Positions 18,516-27,836 of a stretch of 64,000 nucleotides of DNA are shown one piece after another. This stretch comes from a virus (taxonomy: Duplodnaviria; Caudoviricetes), in the IMG/VR virus record IMGVR_UViG_3300027917_000018, positions 64,001-128,000 of that record, one strand, 5' to 3'. Position 1 is the first letter of the stretch. Each line of letters begins with the position of its first letter. The position numbers and the translations under genes are program-made. The notes below the pieces were generated by a model. The model did no database searches, had not been told where the DNA came from, and was given only the letters and a program-made list of their open reading frames with translations.

Positions 18516-19702
18516 AGGTCCCTCTGAGAACAGGTCATGTAGTGTCCGGCGCTGGGTTCCGCGCTGCATTCGGGGCACGCAACTGGCAACGTTGCCAGTT
18601 CCTCTTCCACCTTGTCGGGAATGTCGGCGATAGCGATTTCAGGATGCTGCATGGCGTAGGCAATCCACGGAGCGGCCTCGGCCATCGTCTTTCCACGGCG
18701 GATGGCTTCGTCCTGAAGTGCGTTCCACCGGTCGAGCTTGGACTGGAACTGGGGCTCGGCGAGCACTGGGTTGGCCTTGGCGATGGCCTCCTCGTCGACC
18801 GCCAGCTTGAGGATGCGGAAGTTGGCGGGGCGCTTCCAAAAGCCGAATAACGGATCGCCTTCCTTGGGCTCGACCGTGGCCTTGAATTCGACCGTGTCGC
18901 CGACCTTGAGAATGTCGGACACGTAGGCGTCGTGCCCAGGCTTCTGCCAGTCGTGGCCCCGCGAGATGTTCACGTCGTCAAAAACCGTGCGCTCCGGGCA
19001 GCTGCCCCACAGCTTCACACCGTTGCCGAGGTCAACCAGGACCTTGGCCGTGTAAGTCGTCAGGGCCGAATAGCGCGACCGCTCGCGCTCCTCCAGGCGA
19101 ATCTTGCGGACGATGCCACGGATGACCTGCCGCCCGGCCTTGGCGGTCCCGGTCGCCTTGGCCCGACGGTCAATGTCGTCCTGGCGAACCTTCTCCAGCA
19201 GCGCGAGCTGCTTCTCGGAGATGTTGCCGTACCGGCGCAGCTTCTCGCAGATGTCCCGCGAAATGCGCGGAGCGTTGGGGCGCTTGGACCACTGGATGAC
19301 GCCGATCGCGTCGGGATTGGCGGCGAGGAAATCAGCCTCGCGCTTGTCGCACGCGATGCGCTGTGCCAGGGCCACCGTCGCGCCCTTGATAATGTCGCTG
19401 TAGCCCGCGAGCGCCTTGACGGTCTTGGCGCAGTCGCGGCCAATCCAGTAACCGTTGCCGGTGGGCCTGTGGGTGACGGCGCAGGCGATCTTCAGGCCGT
19501 GCCCGCACAGGGCGCACCGATTGGCCTCCTCCTTGGGCGCATTGAACTTCTCCCAGTCGGCCTCGTTAAGGACCTCCATCTCGACCACTGGAAGCTGCCG
19601 TCCCGTCTCCTCGTCCTCGTAAACGTCGGTGATTGACGCCACCGCCGTTATCGAAAGCTCGTTGAGGGGCAGGCCCTTGATGCTGTCGGCGCGGGGTGTC
19701 AT
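18512..19702 (-). CDS. Hypothetical protein with Zn ribbons and OB-fold-like region
   Basis: Start at ATG 19702; CALC...C..H, GDTVEFKATVEP...GFWKRP, C-terminal CPEC. Confidence 0.65.
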   Translation of the reverse strand: MTPRADSIKGLPLNELSITAVASITDVYEDEETGRQLPVVEMEVLNEADWEKFNAPKEEANRCALCGHGLKIACAVTHRPTGNGYWIGRDCAKTVKALAGYSDIIKGATVALAQRIACDKREADFLAANPDAIGVIQWSKRPNAPRISRDICEKLRRYGNISEKQLALLEKVRQDDIDRRAKATGTAKAGRQVIRGIVRKIRLEERERSRYSALTTYTAKVLVDLGNGVKLWGSCPERTVFDDVNISRGHDWQKPGHDAYVSDILKVGDTVEFKATVEPKEGDPLFGFWKRPANFRILKLAVDEEAIAKANPVLAEPQFQSKLDRWNALQDEAIRRGKTMAEAAPWIAYAMQHPEIAIADIPDKVEEELATLPVACPECSAEPSAGHYMTCSQRDL

Positions 19703-19704
19703 GG

Positions 19705-20073
19705 CTATTTCCTTCCGGCAAGGGTTTCGATGGCGGCGACGGCGGCGGCCATCTCGCGGCTGCGAGCGGCGGCGTTTTCGGCCTCGATGGCGGCGACGAA
19801 CTGCCCCACGGTGCGGTGCTTGCCCGCTTCGGCGGCGAAGCGCTCGGCGCGCTGGCCGTGCGTCTCGTCCTTGCGCAGCGCAGACCACTTGCTGACGAGC
19901 TGAAGCTGGCGCTTGGACTCGGTCGGGTCGTTGCTACCGGCCACCAAAACGGTGTCGCTGTAGCGGTTGATGCGCAGCTCCACGGAGCCGCCGCTGGGGT
20001 ACTGAACCTTCACCACGAGGCGGTCGTAAGAATCCCGTCGGGTGACCTTGGTTTCGGTAATTCGCTTTGTCAT
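19705..20073 (-). CDS. Hypothetical early protein
   Basis: 122 aa; first gene behind the sigma70-like promoter at 20083-20111. Confidence 0.65.
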   Translation of the reverse strand: MTKRITETKVTRRDSYDRLVVKVQYPSGGSVELRINRYSDTVLVAGSNDPTESKRQLQLVSKWSALRKDETHGQRAERFAAEAGKHRTVGQFVAAIEAENAAARSREMAAAVAAIETLAGRK

Positions 20074-20082
20074 AGCACCACC

Positions 20083-20111
20083 AATATGGCAGCAGCCACG
20101 ACCCAGCGCAA
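20083..20111 (-). promoter_or_regulatory. Sigma70-like promoter
   Basis: TTGCGC-17 nt-(TG-c)CATATT, AT-rich upstream element, 9 nt before ATG. Confidence 0.6.
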
Positions 20112-20147
20112 GAACAAATTAAAGATTTTTGGATACGTCTAACTGGC

Positions 20148-22337
20148 TCATGTGAGCGTATCTACGCCCCACCAACCCGCCGGGCGAGCGGCTATGACCA
20201 TCCAGCCCGTTGCCGCTACTGAAGTCCAGTCTCGCAGGTCGTAGGACGCGTCGTTGAAAAGCGTGTATGGGAAGCCGTTTGGCCCCAAAAGGTCCCTGAG
20301 CTGCGTGTGCAATGCGACCGCCTCGTCCCTGAGCCCGGCACCGACCCAGGCGTGAACCACGCCCGCCGTGCCCTCAATCCAGAGGCCGCCGGATGCGCCC
20401 GGATACCCGTAGTCCGGGCTGTAGGGCGTGTAGCCAACGAAGGTGCCGGACTGGGTGCCGTAGTAGGTGCCGCTGAACTCGCCGACCGGGGCAAAACTGC
20501 CGAAAAACGTGCCGTTGCTGTAAATGCCTCGGGTTTGGTAGTCGGGAATGATGTCCAGGACCACGGTGCCGTGCGGAGCGCCCACGTCCCGGACCACGCT
20601 GGAGTACCAACTGGCCACGTCCAGGGCGTGCGCCGTGTCCGGGCTGCTGTTGTTGGTCATGCCCTGGTAGGCCCGTGGCGGGCTGTAGGTGCCTTGCCAG
20701 AAGGTGGTGTTGAGGACCTGGCCGATGCGCGTGCCGTAGTCGTGCCACGCCTGGCTGCCGGTCATGGCGTAGTATTCCTTGGCAAACCAATAGGCGTCGG
20801 TATTGTGCTCGGTCGAGACCCACGGAACCTGGTAGGTGCCGTTGAATTCCCACACCGGAAGCTGATAGCGGCCCCTGCCGCCCCGGAAGGTGGAGACCTG
20901 CTTGTCATCGCTATCGACCCAGTACTCCGTGACCATCGTTCCGGCGAACTCGCCCAGGACGTGCTCGATCGAGCTTTGCAGGTCGGGCGGCACGGTCGGG
21001 GCCTTGTTCAGGTACCAGGCCAGGGCCGAGGCGCACCAGAAGTTGGCCCCGGTTCGGTAATACGGATCGGGAGGAACGGCGGAGACCGTGTTTACCGAGA
21101 AAGCCCACTGGCGATCCAGCGGGGTCCACGCGGCGACGAGGCCCCGCGACCAGCGCTCGGCGGTCTCCCAGTCCTCCATGCCCACGGCGGCCACAATTGA
21201 GAGAGCCTGATCGTAGGTGTAGGTGCGCTTGTAGAGGTAGGGCCACGACGGATCGCTCTGGTCCATGCCGTAGGAGCGGAGCAAGCCCTGACCCCAGTAA
21301 TGCTCGGCGATGAGGTTCTCCTCGGGAACCTTGACCAGTTTCAGGGTCTTGTAGCCAGGGGTGCCGAACGGGATTGAAAACCCGCCCAGCACCGCCCCGG
21401 ATTGCCCGACCGTGGTGCCATACGCGTTGGCCACCAAATCTGCGCGCTTGATGCCTGAATCGGTCTCCGCCACGAATCCGTAAACGAACGGCGCATAGGT
21501 GTGGCCGAAGATGCCACCGTCGCTTTTGCGGATGAGCTTGGCGATCTTGGTGCCCGTAAACGCTTGGGCCGCCGCCCAAGTGCCGTCGCCTTGGATCGTG
21601 CCGGTGGACTGGTAGTAATCCTGGTCGGTCTTGCTAAAGACCTGAATTTCATAGTCAGCGTACTGGCCGGGGTCCAGGCCCTCCACGCGGCCCACGATGG
21701 GGCCGAAGCTGCCTGAATACGGGTAGGGCTCGCTGAAAAGCACGGCTCCCGTAAACAGATTCGAGCGGGAAATCAGGTAGGGGATGTCGCTGACCGCGTA
21801 GATGTCCACGCGGAGGTCAGTGCCTGTGAAGTCGGACGGAAAGGCGGTGGCGCGACCAGCGGCACTTCCAGTATAGCCGTAGTCGTAGGTGCCCGTCTGG
21901 CTGTAGTCGAAGGTGCCGTCCGGGTTCGTTCCGTAGAAAACCAGTTCAGCCCGGTTGGGCGTGGCGCTCCCGACGAAGTAATCAACGTCGCTGGTGTTGT
22001 ATCCCCGGATCGAGTACTCGGTGTAAGCGTCGGTGCCGATGCCGGTGACGATGCCCGACACTTCGCCAACGTAGCTGGGCGCGTACGATCCTGTAAACGA
22101 AAGGCCGCTGGTGCCGTTGTAGAAGGTCGGCGGGTTCTCCAGCGTTTTGAGGACGGCGAAGGTTTCGTTTACGAAGTCGGCATCAAAATAGGCAAGCGGT
22201 GGCGTGGGAGGCGTGGGCGGAGCTGGATTGACCGGCCCGCTGCCATCGCTGCGGCCCGTGCGGCTGGTGTTCCAATAGGACGGAGCTGGCCATTTGTCCC
22301 CGGTCCTATCGAACGGGCGGATGACAAACGGAGGCAT
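20148..22337 (-). CDS. Six-hairpin (alpha/alpha)6 glycosidase-like protein with beta-rich N-terminal half
   Basis: YTYDQAL, WVSTEHN, LWIEGTAG, SVAATGW motifs; aromatic-rich. Confidence 0.65.
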   Translation of the reverse strand: MPPFVIRPFDRTGDKWPAPSYWNTSRTGRSDGSGPVNPAPPTPPTPPLAYFDADFVNETFAVLKTLENPPTFYNGTSGLSFTGSYAPSYVGEVSGIVTGIGTDAYTEYSIRGYNTSDVDYFVGSATPNRAELVFYGTNPDGTFDYSQTGTYDYGYTGSAAGRATAFPSDFTGTDLRVDIYAVSDIPYLISRSNLFTGAVLFSEPYPYSGSFGPIVGRVEGLDPGQYADYEIQVFSKTDQDYYQSTGTIQGDGTWAAAQAFTGTKIAKLIRKSDGGIFGHTYAPFVYGFVAETDSGIKRADLVANAYGTTVGQSGAVLGGFSIPFGTPGYKTLKLVKVPEENLIAEHYWGQGLLRSYGMDQSDPSWPYLYKRTYTYDQALSIVAAVGMEDWETAERWSRGLVAAWTPLDRQWAFSVNTVSAVPPDPYYRTGANFWCASALAWYLNKAPTVPPDLQSSIEHVLGEFAGTMVTEYWVDSDDKQVSTFRGGRGRYQLPVWEFNGTYQVPWVSTEHNTDAYWFAKEYYAMTGSQAWHDYGTRIGQVLNTTFWQGTYSPPRAYQGMTNNSSPDTAHALDVASWYSSVVRDVGAPHGTVVLDIIPDYQTRGIYSNGTFFGSFAPVGEFSGTYYGTQSGTFVGYTPYSPDYGYPGASGGLWIEGTAGVVHAWVGAGLRDEAVALHTQLRDLLGPNGFPYTLFNDASYDLRDWTSVAATGWMVIAARPAGWWGVDTLT

Positions 22338-22344
22338 GGACCAG

Positions 22345-22620
22345 CTACTTCTTCCTCATCACCTTGCCGGGCGGCTTCGCAATGACGTTGAGCATCTTTT
22401 TGGATCGTGCCTCGGCCACTGGCATTTCCACATCTTCCTGCCGGTAGCTGACCTTGCCCGGTGACTTGGCCACCGGAGCCGTGCCGCTGCTGGACGCGCC
22501 CTTTTGCTTGGCCTTCTTCATGGCCTTGGGCACGCCCATCTTAGCTTCGGGCATTTCGATCTTCTCGCCGCTCAAGAGTCGTTGCGCTACGCGCTCGGCT
22601 GTTTCGCGAATGTCGTTCAT
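22345..22620 (-). CDS. Small basic protein with ETAERVAQRLLSGE N-terminus
   Basis: Lys-rich; GTAGTTA on minus strand at 22628-22634. Confidence 0.65.
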   Translation of the reverse strand: MNDIRETAERVAQRLLSGEKIEMPEAKMGVPKAMKKAKQKGASSSGTAPVAKSPGKVSYRQEDVEMPVAEARSKKMLNVIAKPPGKVMRKK

Positions 22621-22664
22621 ACGTTCCTAACTACGGCGTCCAGGTTAACGCGTTCTATCTGGCC

Positions 22665-23765
22665 ATGCAGCAAATTCTCATTCACCGAAAACAGCGGGAC
22701 CCATTCAATCGGATTCCGAAAACGATCGCCGAAAATCCAGAGCTGACCCTGGCGCAAAAAGGGCTCTTCACCTACCTCCTGGGCAAACCGGAGGGCTGGC
22801 GCATCATCACCAACGACGTGGTCAAGCAAACCAAGGACACCGAGTACAAAGTCCGCAAGGTCATGAACGAGCTGAGAGCGCTGGGTTACATGGCCCTGGT
22901 TAAGGCACGAGAGGGCAGTCAGATCACGGCCTGGATTTGGCTCATCAGCGACGAGCCTATCTTCGCTACGCTTGAAGAGCTGGAAACCCTGGACCGGCAA
23001 TACGAGCTGGCTAATGTGGAATACTCACGCCTGGAACGGCTTAGGAAGAAAAGAGGCCCCAACGGCTCCGCTTCGAGCCAACTTCCTAAAAATCGAGAAG
23101 TTGTCGATTATGATGAGAATTTTCAACATGGGCCGGATCGCCACCATAGTAAGAAAGAGAGTAAGCAAGAACCAAATAAAGCAAGAACCACCACCACTAC
23201 CGCCGCTGGCGCGGGCGGTCCAGCCGCTGGCGCGGCTGGTGGTGGTAGTAGTGTCGCCCTATCGGGCGGGGAGGAGCAGGCTGCAAGCCCGCAGGCCGCA
23301 GGCGAGGAACCCAGCCGCAGGGGCAGGCCAGGTGGCAAGCCCAAACACAAAGAGCTGACCTTGCAGGAGCAGGAGGCAGGCGTCTTCCTGGCTCATTACA
23401 CCACCAAGCTGGGAAGGATGACCCGGAACTTCCAGATTCGGATTTCCCAGGAAACTGTGATCGAAGCCGGGAAGTTCTTCGAGGCGCATGGGCGGTGGGC
23501 AGGTTTGGACATAGTCCTGGTCTGCGCCCTGGCATGGGCCTGTGCCTACCAGAACCGCGCTCCGGGAAAGGGTAATTTCGACCGGTACTTCTACTCCAGG
23601 CGGTATGCCACCCGTCCAGAGAAGCTGTTCCAGGAAATGAACGGCCAAACCGTCATTGAACACATGGCCCACGAGGTCCGCTACGACTTCACCCAAACGT
23701 ACGATCAAGCCTGGGCCACCCTGGAGAGCTTGGTGGCCGAGGTTTCCAAGGGCTGGGGTAGTTAA
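22665..23765 (+). CDS. Phage replication initiator-like wHTH protein
   Basis: LTLAQKGLFTYLLGKPEGWRI...VRKVMNELRALGY; low-complexity linker; GTTCT 8 nt before ATG. Confidence 0.7.
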   Translation: MQQILIHRKQRDPFNRIPKTIAENPELTLAQKGLFTYLLGKPEGWRIITNDVVKQTKDTEYKVRKVMNELRALGYMALVKAREGSQITAWIWLISDEPIFATLEELETLDRQYELANVEYSRLERLRKKRGPNGSASSQLPKNREVVDYDENFQHGPDRHHSKKESKQEPNKARTTTTTAAGAGGPAAGAAGGGSSVALSGGEEQAASPQAAGEEPSRRGRPGGKPKHKELTLQEQEAGVFLAHYTTKLGRMTRNFQIRISQETVIEAGKFFEAHGRWAGLDIVLVCALAWACAYQNRAPGKGNFDRYFYSRRYATRPEKLFQEMNGQTVIEHMAHEVRYDFTQTYDQAWATLESLVAEVSKGWGS

Positions 23766-23769
23766 GGCA

Positions 23770-24633
23770 ATGGCAGACAAACCAAATCGCCCCGTGCGCG
23801 ACTGGCTCAAGAAGGTGGAGACCACCGGGCCGCTCACCACGCGATTACGGGCCGCCAAAATCAAGGACCCGACGCTGTACGTGGGCGCGGCAATCCGTGA
23901 AAACGGCAGGTACCCGCACTTCGGGGCTTTTGAGCCACAGGTAGAAGTCACCAGTGAGACCCAGGAGTCGGGCGACGAGTTCTATGACGCGATTCACAGC
24001 ACCCTGGTTGAGTGGCTGGCCGAAGAGGTTCAAAGCTTAAACCGCGAGTTTTTCAAAATTCTGGAGACCGAGTACGACTACCAGGTGAGCGATGAGGGCG
24101 TGGCCGACAGCCTGGACGCAAACGAAATGCACTTTGATGCTGATGGCCAGCCCGCCGACCTGAGCCACTACTACCACATCGATCAGTTGCCCAAACCGGT
24201 GGCGGTCAAGGTCATCGGCCTGTACTCGCGGATGTTTGGTAAAACGGAAGAGGAGGTTGCCGAGGCGCTCCTGGCCAACAAGATCAAGTTCGACAAGCGG
24301 GGCAACCGCGTGGACACCGACGAGTTCAAGCGCGTCAGCGAGCTGCCGCCCGAAGTTCGCAAAAAGGTCCTCGAAAAGCATCGTTACTGGAACGTTGAGG
24401 ACAACGACTGGGCGCACTGGCTTCAGGAAAACTTCGCCGAGGAACGCTTGCAGGGCTGGCGGAACCCACAGTTTGAGTGGGAACTTTACGGATCGGTCCA
24501 CGCTGCCCGAATTCTGACGGACAACGTCGACCTGGACACTTTCATTCCCGAGGCGGAAAAGCACCGGCAGAGCCAGTCAAGAAAGCAAACGAGCGAGGCC
24601 CGGCAGGTGGCACAAAGGGTTCTCGTAACATGA
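23770..24633 (+). CDS. Hypothetical protein with internal ~40-aa repeat
   Basis: Start re-chosen at ATG 23770 after GTAGTTA (23758-23764); EYDYQVSDE...ANEMHFD block. Confidence 0.7.
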   Translation: MADKPNRPVRDWLKKVETTGPLTTRLRAAKIKDPTLYVGAAIRENGRYPHFGAFEPQVEVTSETQESGDEFYDAIHSTLVEWLAEEVQSLNREFFKILETEYDYQVSDEGVADSLDANEMHFDADGQPADLSHYYHIDQLPKPVAVKVIGLYSRMFGKTEEEVAEALLANKIKFDKRGNRVDTDEFKRVSELPPEVRKKVLEKHRYWNVEDNDWAHWLQENFAEERLQGWRNPQFEWELYGSVHAARILTDNVDLDTFIPEAEKHRQSQSRKQTSEARQVAQRVLVT

Positions 24634-25073
24634 AACTCGACGCGGAAACCCATGACTACATCGCCCAACGAGCGCAGTGGTACTTCGACGTTTACCCGGC
24701 GGGCTACCCATACTCGGTTGAGAATTTCGTTCTCACCGGGGACGGCGTGGACGATCTTGATTTCGCCATCACGCGGATCGAGGCGTACGGAACCATCCGC
24801 CCGCCTCGCATTGTCTGCGAGGTCGGCACGAGCGGCACGGTCATGCTCGGGAACGCCTTTCCCAAATATCTTCCCTGCGACGTTGAAGATGTTAGAGCAA
24901 TTCGTGAAGCGTTTATCGCATGGTATGGGACGGTCAACAGGCCGGACATCTACGCGACCGGGACCGGTGCGTCTATGGAGACACCCTGCCAGCCACAAGC
25001 TGTTTGCGTGTGGTGTACCACCGGGTCCCTCACCGGGACTTACGCGGGTACGGTCTTTCCGGGACAATGCTGA
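24630..25073 (+). CDS. Hypothetical protein
   Basis: ATG 24630 coupled to upstream stop; Cys cluster near C-terminus. Confidence 0.6.
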   Translation: MKLDAETHDYIAQRAQWYFDVYPAGYPYSVENFVLTGDGVDDLDFAITRIEAYGTIRPPRIVCEVGTSGTVMLGNAFPKYLPCDVEDVRAIREAFIAWYGTVNRPDIYATGTGASMETPCQPQAVCVWCTTGSLTGTYAGTVFPGQC

Positions 25074-27103
25074 TGAAGAAGGTTACGGAAGCGGACGGCG
25101 GAGCTGAGCGCGCCCGGCGCGACTTCAAAGCCATGATTCAGGCCCAGCGCGACGCTGAGGCCGCCAAGGCGCGTGCCCGCGAGGCGGAACGGGCCACGGC
25201 CCGCCACCAAAAGGTCTTGGATAACGGGCCGCCGCTGCGGGACGGCGAGGAGGATAACCCGAAGATGATGTGGTTTCGGGAGAACCTGGAATGGGAGCCG
25301 CACCCGGAACTGTGGTGCCCGCCGAGTACTGGCTACAGCGACGGCAGCGGCAGCTTCGTCGAGCGCTCCAACGCCAAGTGGTTCACCGAAAACATGGGTG
25401 AAATCTTCAGCCAGGTCGGCGGCGGCTACGGCACGGTATGGACCGGCATTACCGATGAGGACCGGTGGGTCATCACCGACGAGCAGTTTGAGCAGCTCAA
25501 GGATGTGGTCGAGGGCCTGGAGGGCTACCCCATCATCGACGAGCAGCTCTACAGCGAAATGGAGTACGACGCCTACAACGAGTACTACCAGGGCGAAGGG
25601 CGCAAGGACCTGCGCCAGGCGCTCCTGCAAAGGTTCTCCGGCGACCCCGAGGCGCAGATGGCCGTGCGCTTCAGCTCGGTCGACGCGTTCGACCACCTGG
25701 CCTGGAATAGCGACATCAGCCAGGCTTTTGAGACAGAAACGGGCGGCGGCGTTTACTTTCGGGCCAACGCGGCTGCCGAAGGCTTCAACCGGGACGAGGT
25801 CGTGGACCTGGTCAGCGAGGAGGAGGCCCGCACGGCAATGGCCAGCGCGTGGGCCGAGCGTATTCAGCCTGGGTGGATCGACACGCTGGCTGAGGTTCGA
25901 CGCGACGATGAACGGCTGGTCAACACGGTCGCGGAGCTGGAGCCCTCGTCAGGCTTCAATTTGTTTACGAAATTGATGGTTAAGGTTGGAGCCGACTGGG
26001 AATGGGATCAGCGGGAGGATGAGGCCAGGGACGCGTTCGACATCGATAGTGATTCTATGAAGGAAATGGCGCAGGCACTGGAGCCGGGCATGCTGAGCGG
26101 TCTTCGCCCCGAGGACCCGCGCCAGCTGCGCTTGGCCATCGAGCAGATTCTCAATGGCGAGCCGACCTTCACGCTCTTCGAGGGGTTTAAGGAGAAGAAG
26201 CAGCTTTTCGTCAGCCAAGGCGCGAGCCCCGAGGAAGTCGACGCACTCCTTACCCAGTTCAAGCGCCTGAAGCAACGCGGCCTGCTCCAGGGTGAGGAGG
26301 CCGACATCGACCGGTACACTGACTTGGATTCGCTGCGGCAGGCGGTCGAAGCCGCGTCGCAGAAACAGAGCAAAACGGGGCGCAAGCGGGAGGTTCGGCA
26401 CAAAGAGGCTATCGTGCTCCGGGATGACGAGGAGATGCAGATTGTCGTTCCGAAAACCTGGGCCGCCGCGAAAGCCTACGGCAAGGGGACCAAGTGGTGC
26501 ATCAGCATGAAGGAGTACCCGAGCCACTGGACCGAGTACCACAAGAAGCTCGCCAAGCATTACATGATCTGGAACAAGCGGCTGCCCGCGCCCACGATGG
26601 GCACCCACGGCGAGCCGATCGGCGGCAGCCCGCTCTACAAGATTGCCGTTACGATTTACCCGGACGGCCATTCATCGATCTACAATGCGCAGGACCAGGC
26701 CATCACCGAGCAGGACCTGAAACGAGCCACCGGTTTCAGCCTTTCGGATTTCAAGTCTTGGGAGGAGCACGAGCTTGCGGGCCGCGACCTGTTCCGCCTG
26801 ATGGGCGCGAAGAACGTGCCGTTCCGCGAGCGTGTGGAGCGGATCGGGGCCGAGGGCTGGGCCGAGATGGGCAAGAATGTGGCCATGCGCGAACTGTGGT
26901 CCAGTGACCAGGCCGAGGACCTGAAGGGCAAAAGCAAAGAGGAGGTCGACGCGGCCTGGGACGAGTTCTGGCAGAAGGCCCGGCAGGAGCTGCTGGACTA
27001 CCCGGACGACGAGGACTACGAAAAGAGCCTGAAGTTCTACGTCGAGTCGCTGCGGCTGCCGCCCGGCAAACAGCTGGCACTGCTGGAGGACGCCGATGAA
27101 TAG
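25067..27103 (+). CDS. Multi-domain protein (YPIIDE domain plus GTKWC-motif domain)
   Basis: LEGYPIIDEQLYSEME; IVVPKTWAAAKAYGKGTKWCISM; linkers with LFE/LLE. Confidence 0.7.
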   Translation: MLMKKVTEADGGAERARRDFKAMIQAQRDAEAAKARAREAERATARHQKVLDNGPPLRDGEEDNPKMMWFRENLEWEPHPELWCPPSTGYSDGSGSFVERSNAKWFTENMGEIFSQVGGGYGTVWTGITDEDRWVITDEQFEQLKDVVEGLEGYPIIDEQLYSEMEYDAYNEYYQGEGRKDLRQALLQRFSGDPEAQMAVRFSSVDAFDHLAWNSDISQAFETETGGGVYFRANAAAEGFNRDEVVDLVSEEEARTAMASAWAERIQPGWIDTLAEVRRDDERLVNTVAELEPSSGFNLFTKLMVKVGADWEWDQREDEARDAFDIDSDSMKEMAQALEPGMLSGLRPEDPRQLRLAIEQILNGEPTFTLFEGFKEKKQLFVSQGASPEEVDALLTQFKRLKQRGLLQGEEADIDRYTDLDSLRQAVEAASQKQSKTGRKREVRHKEAIVLRDDEEMQIVVPKTWAAAKAYGKGTKWCISMKEYPSHWTEYHKKLAKHYMIWNKRLPAPTMGTHGEPIGGSPLYKIAVTIYPDGHSSIYNAQDQAITEQDLKRATGFSLSDFKSWEEHELAGRDLFRLMGAKNVPFRERVERIGAEGWAEMGKNVAMRELWSSDQAEDLKGKSKEEVDAAWDEFWQKARQELLDYPDDEDYEKSLKFYVESLRLPPGKQLALLEDADE

Positions 27104-27803
27104 CCAGGCCCTCCGTCTCGCCCGATGCCTGCTGGAGCAGAAGTTCAGCTACAGCACAACGCAGATCAATCTGCCGTCGCCGCTCGACGATTTCGTCGTG
27201 AAGTGGGGCCGGATGCACGTGCAGGACCAGGACCTCTACTACTTTGACGATGGCGGCGGTGGCCGTGAAACCGAACCTCATATCACGGTGCTTTACGGGC
27301 TGCTGGAACCCGAGCCCAGCGATGCGCTCCGGCAAATCGTCCGCCGGACTTCGCCCTTCTGGATTCGGTTGGGGCCGACGAGCCTCTTCGAGAACGAGGA
27401 CTTTGACGTGCTCAAGTTTTCCGTGGTGAGCCCCGACTTGGAGGCGCTCAGCGGTGCGATCCGCCAGGCGTGCCCAAACGAGAACAAGTACCCGAAGTAC
27501 ATCCCGCACGCCACAATAGCCTACGTGAAAAAGGGCCGCGCCAAGCACTTGAACGGGCTGTACCCGTTCGAGGGTTATCCGCCCGTTCCCAGCGAGTTCG
27601 AGGCTAACACGTTGATTTTCAGCGCTGCCGGGGATGACGACGACCCGAAGCGCCGAACAGTGAGGCTTCCATTCAACCGGACGAGGAACGAAAGTCTCAA
27701 TCAGGACAGCCCATTCCAGGGTTTATGGTTCCCGGCAGACGCGTCCGAGCTGGCCAGCAAGATTCTCGGACTCAAGAAACAAGACCCAAAGCAGGTTGTT
27801 TAG
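27096..27803 (+). CDS. 2H phosphoesterase (T4 gp57B/Acb1-like)
   Basis: Two H-x-T motifs: EPHITVLYG and PHATIAYVKKG. Confidence 0.85.
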   Translation: MNSQALRLARCLLEQKFSYSTTQINLPSPLDDFVVKWGRMHVQDQDLYYFDDGGGGRETEPHITVLYGLLEPEPSDALRQIVRRTSPFWIRLGPTSLFENEDFDVLKFSVVSPDLEALSGAIRQACPNENKYPKYIPHATIAYVKKGRAKHLNGLYPFEGYPPVPSEFEANTLIFSAAGDDDDPKRRTVRLPFNRTRNESLNQDSPFQGLWFPADASELASKILGLKKQDPKQVV

Positions 27804-27836
27804 CACTCATCCTGCGAAGGGGTAGTTAGAGCAGGC

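Noticed and set aside
18846-18859. 14-bp match (AATAACGGATCGCC) to the 43002 repeat
   Set aside because: Single copy inside a CDS encoding GDPLF; likely chance, since ACGGATCG-like words are frequent here.
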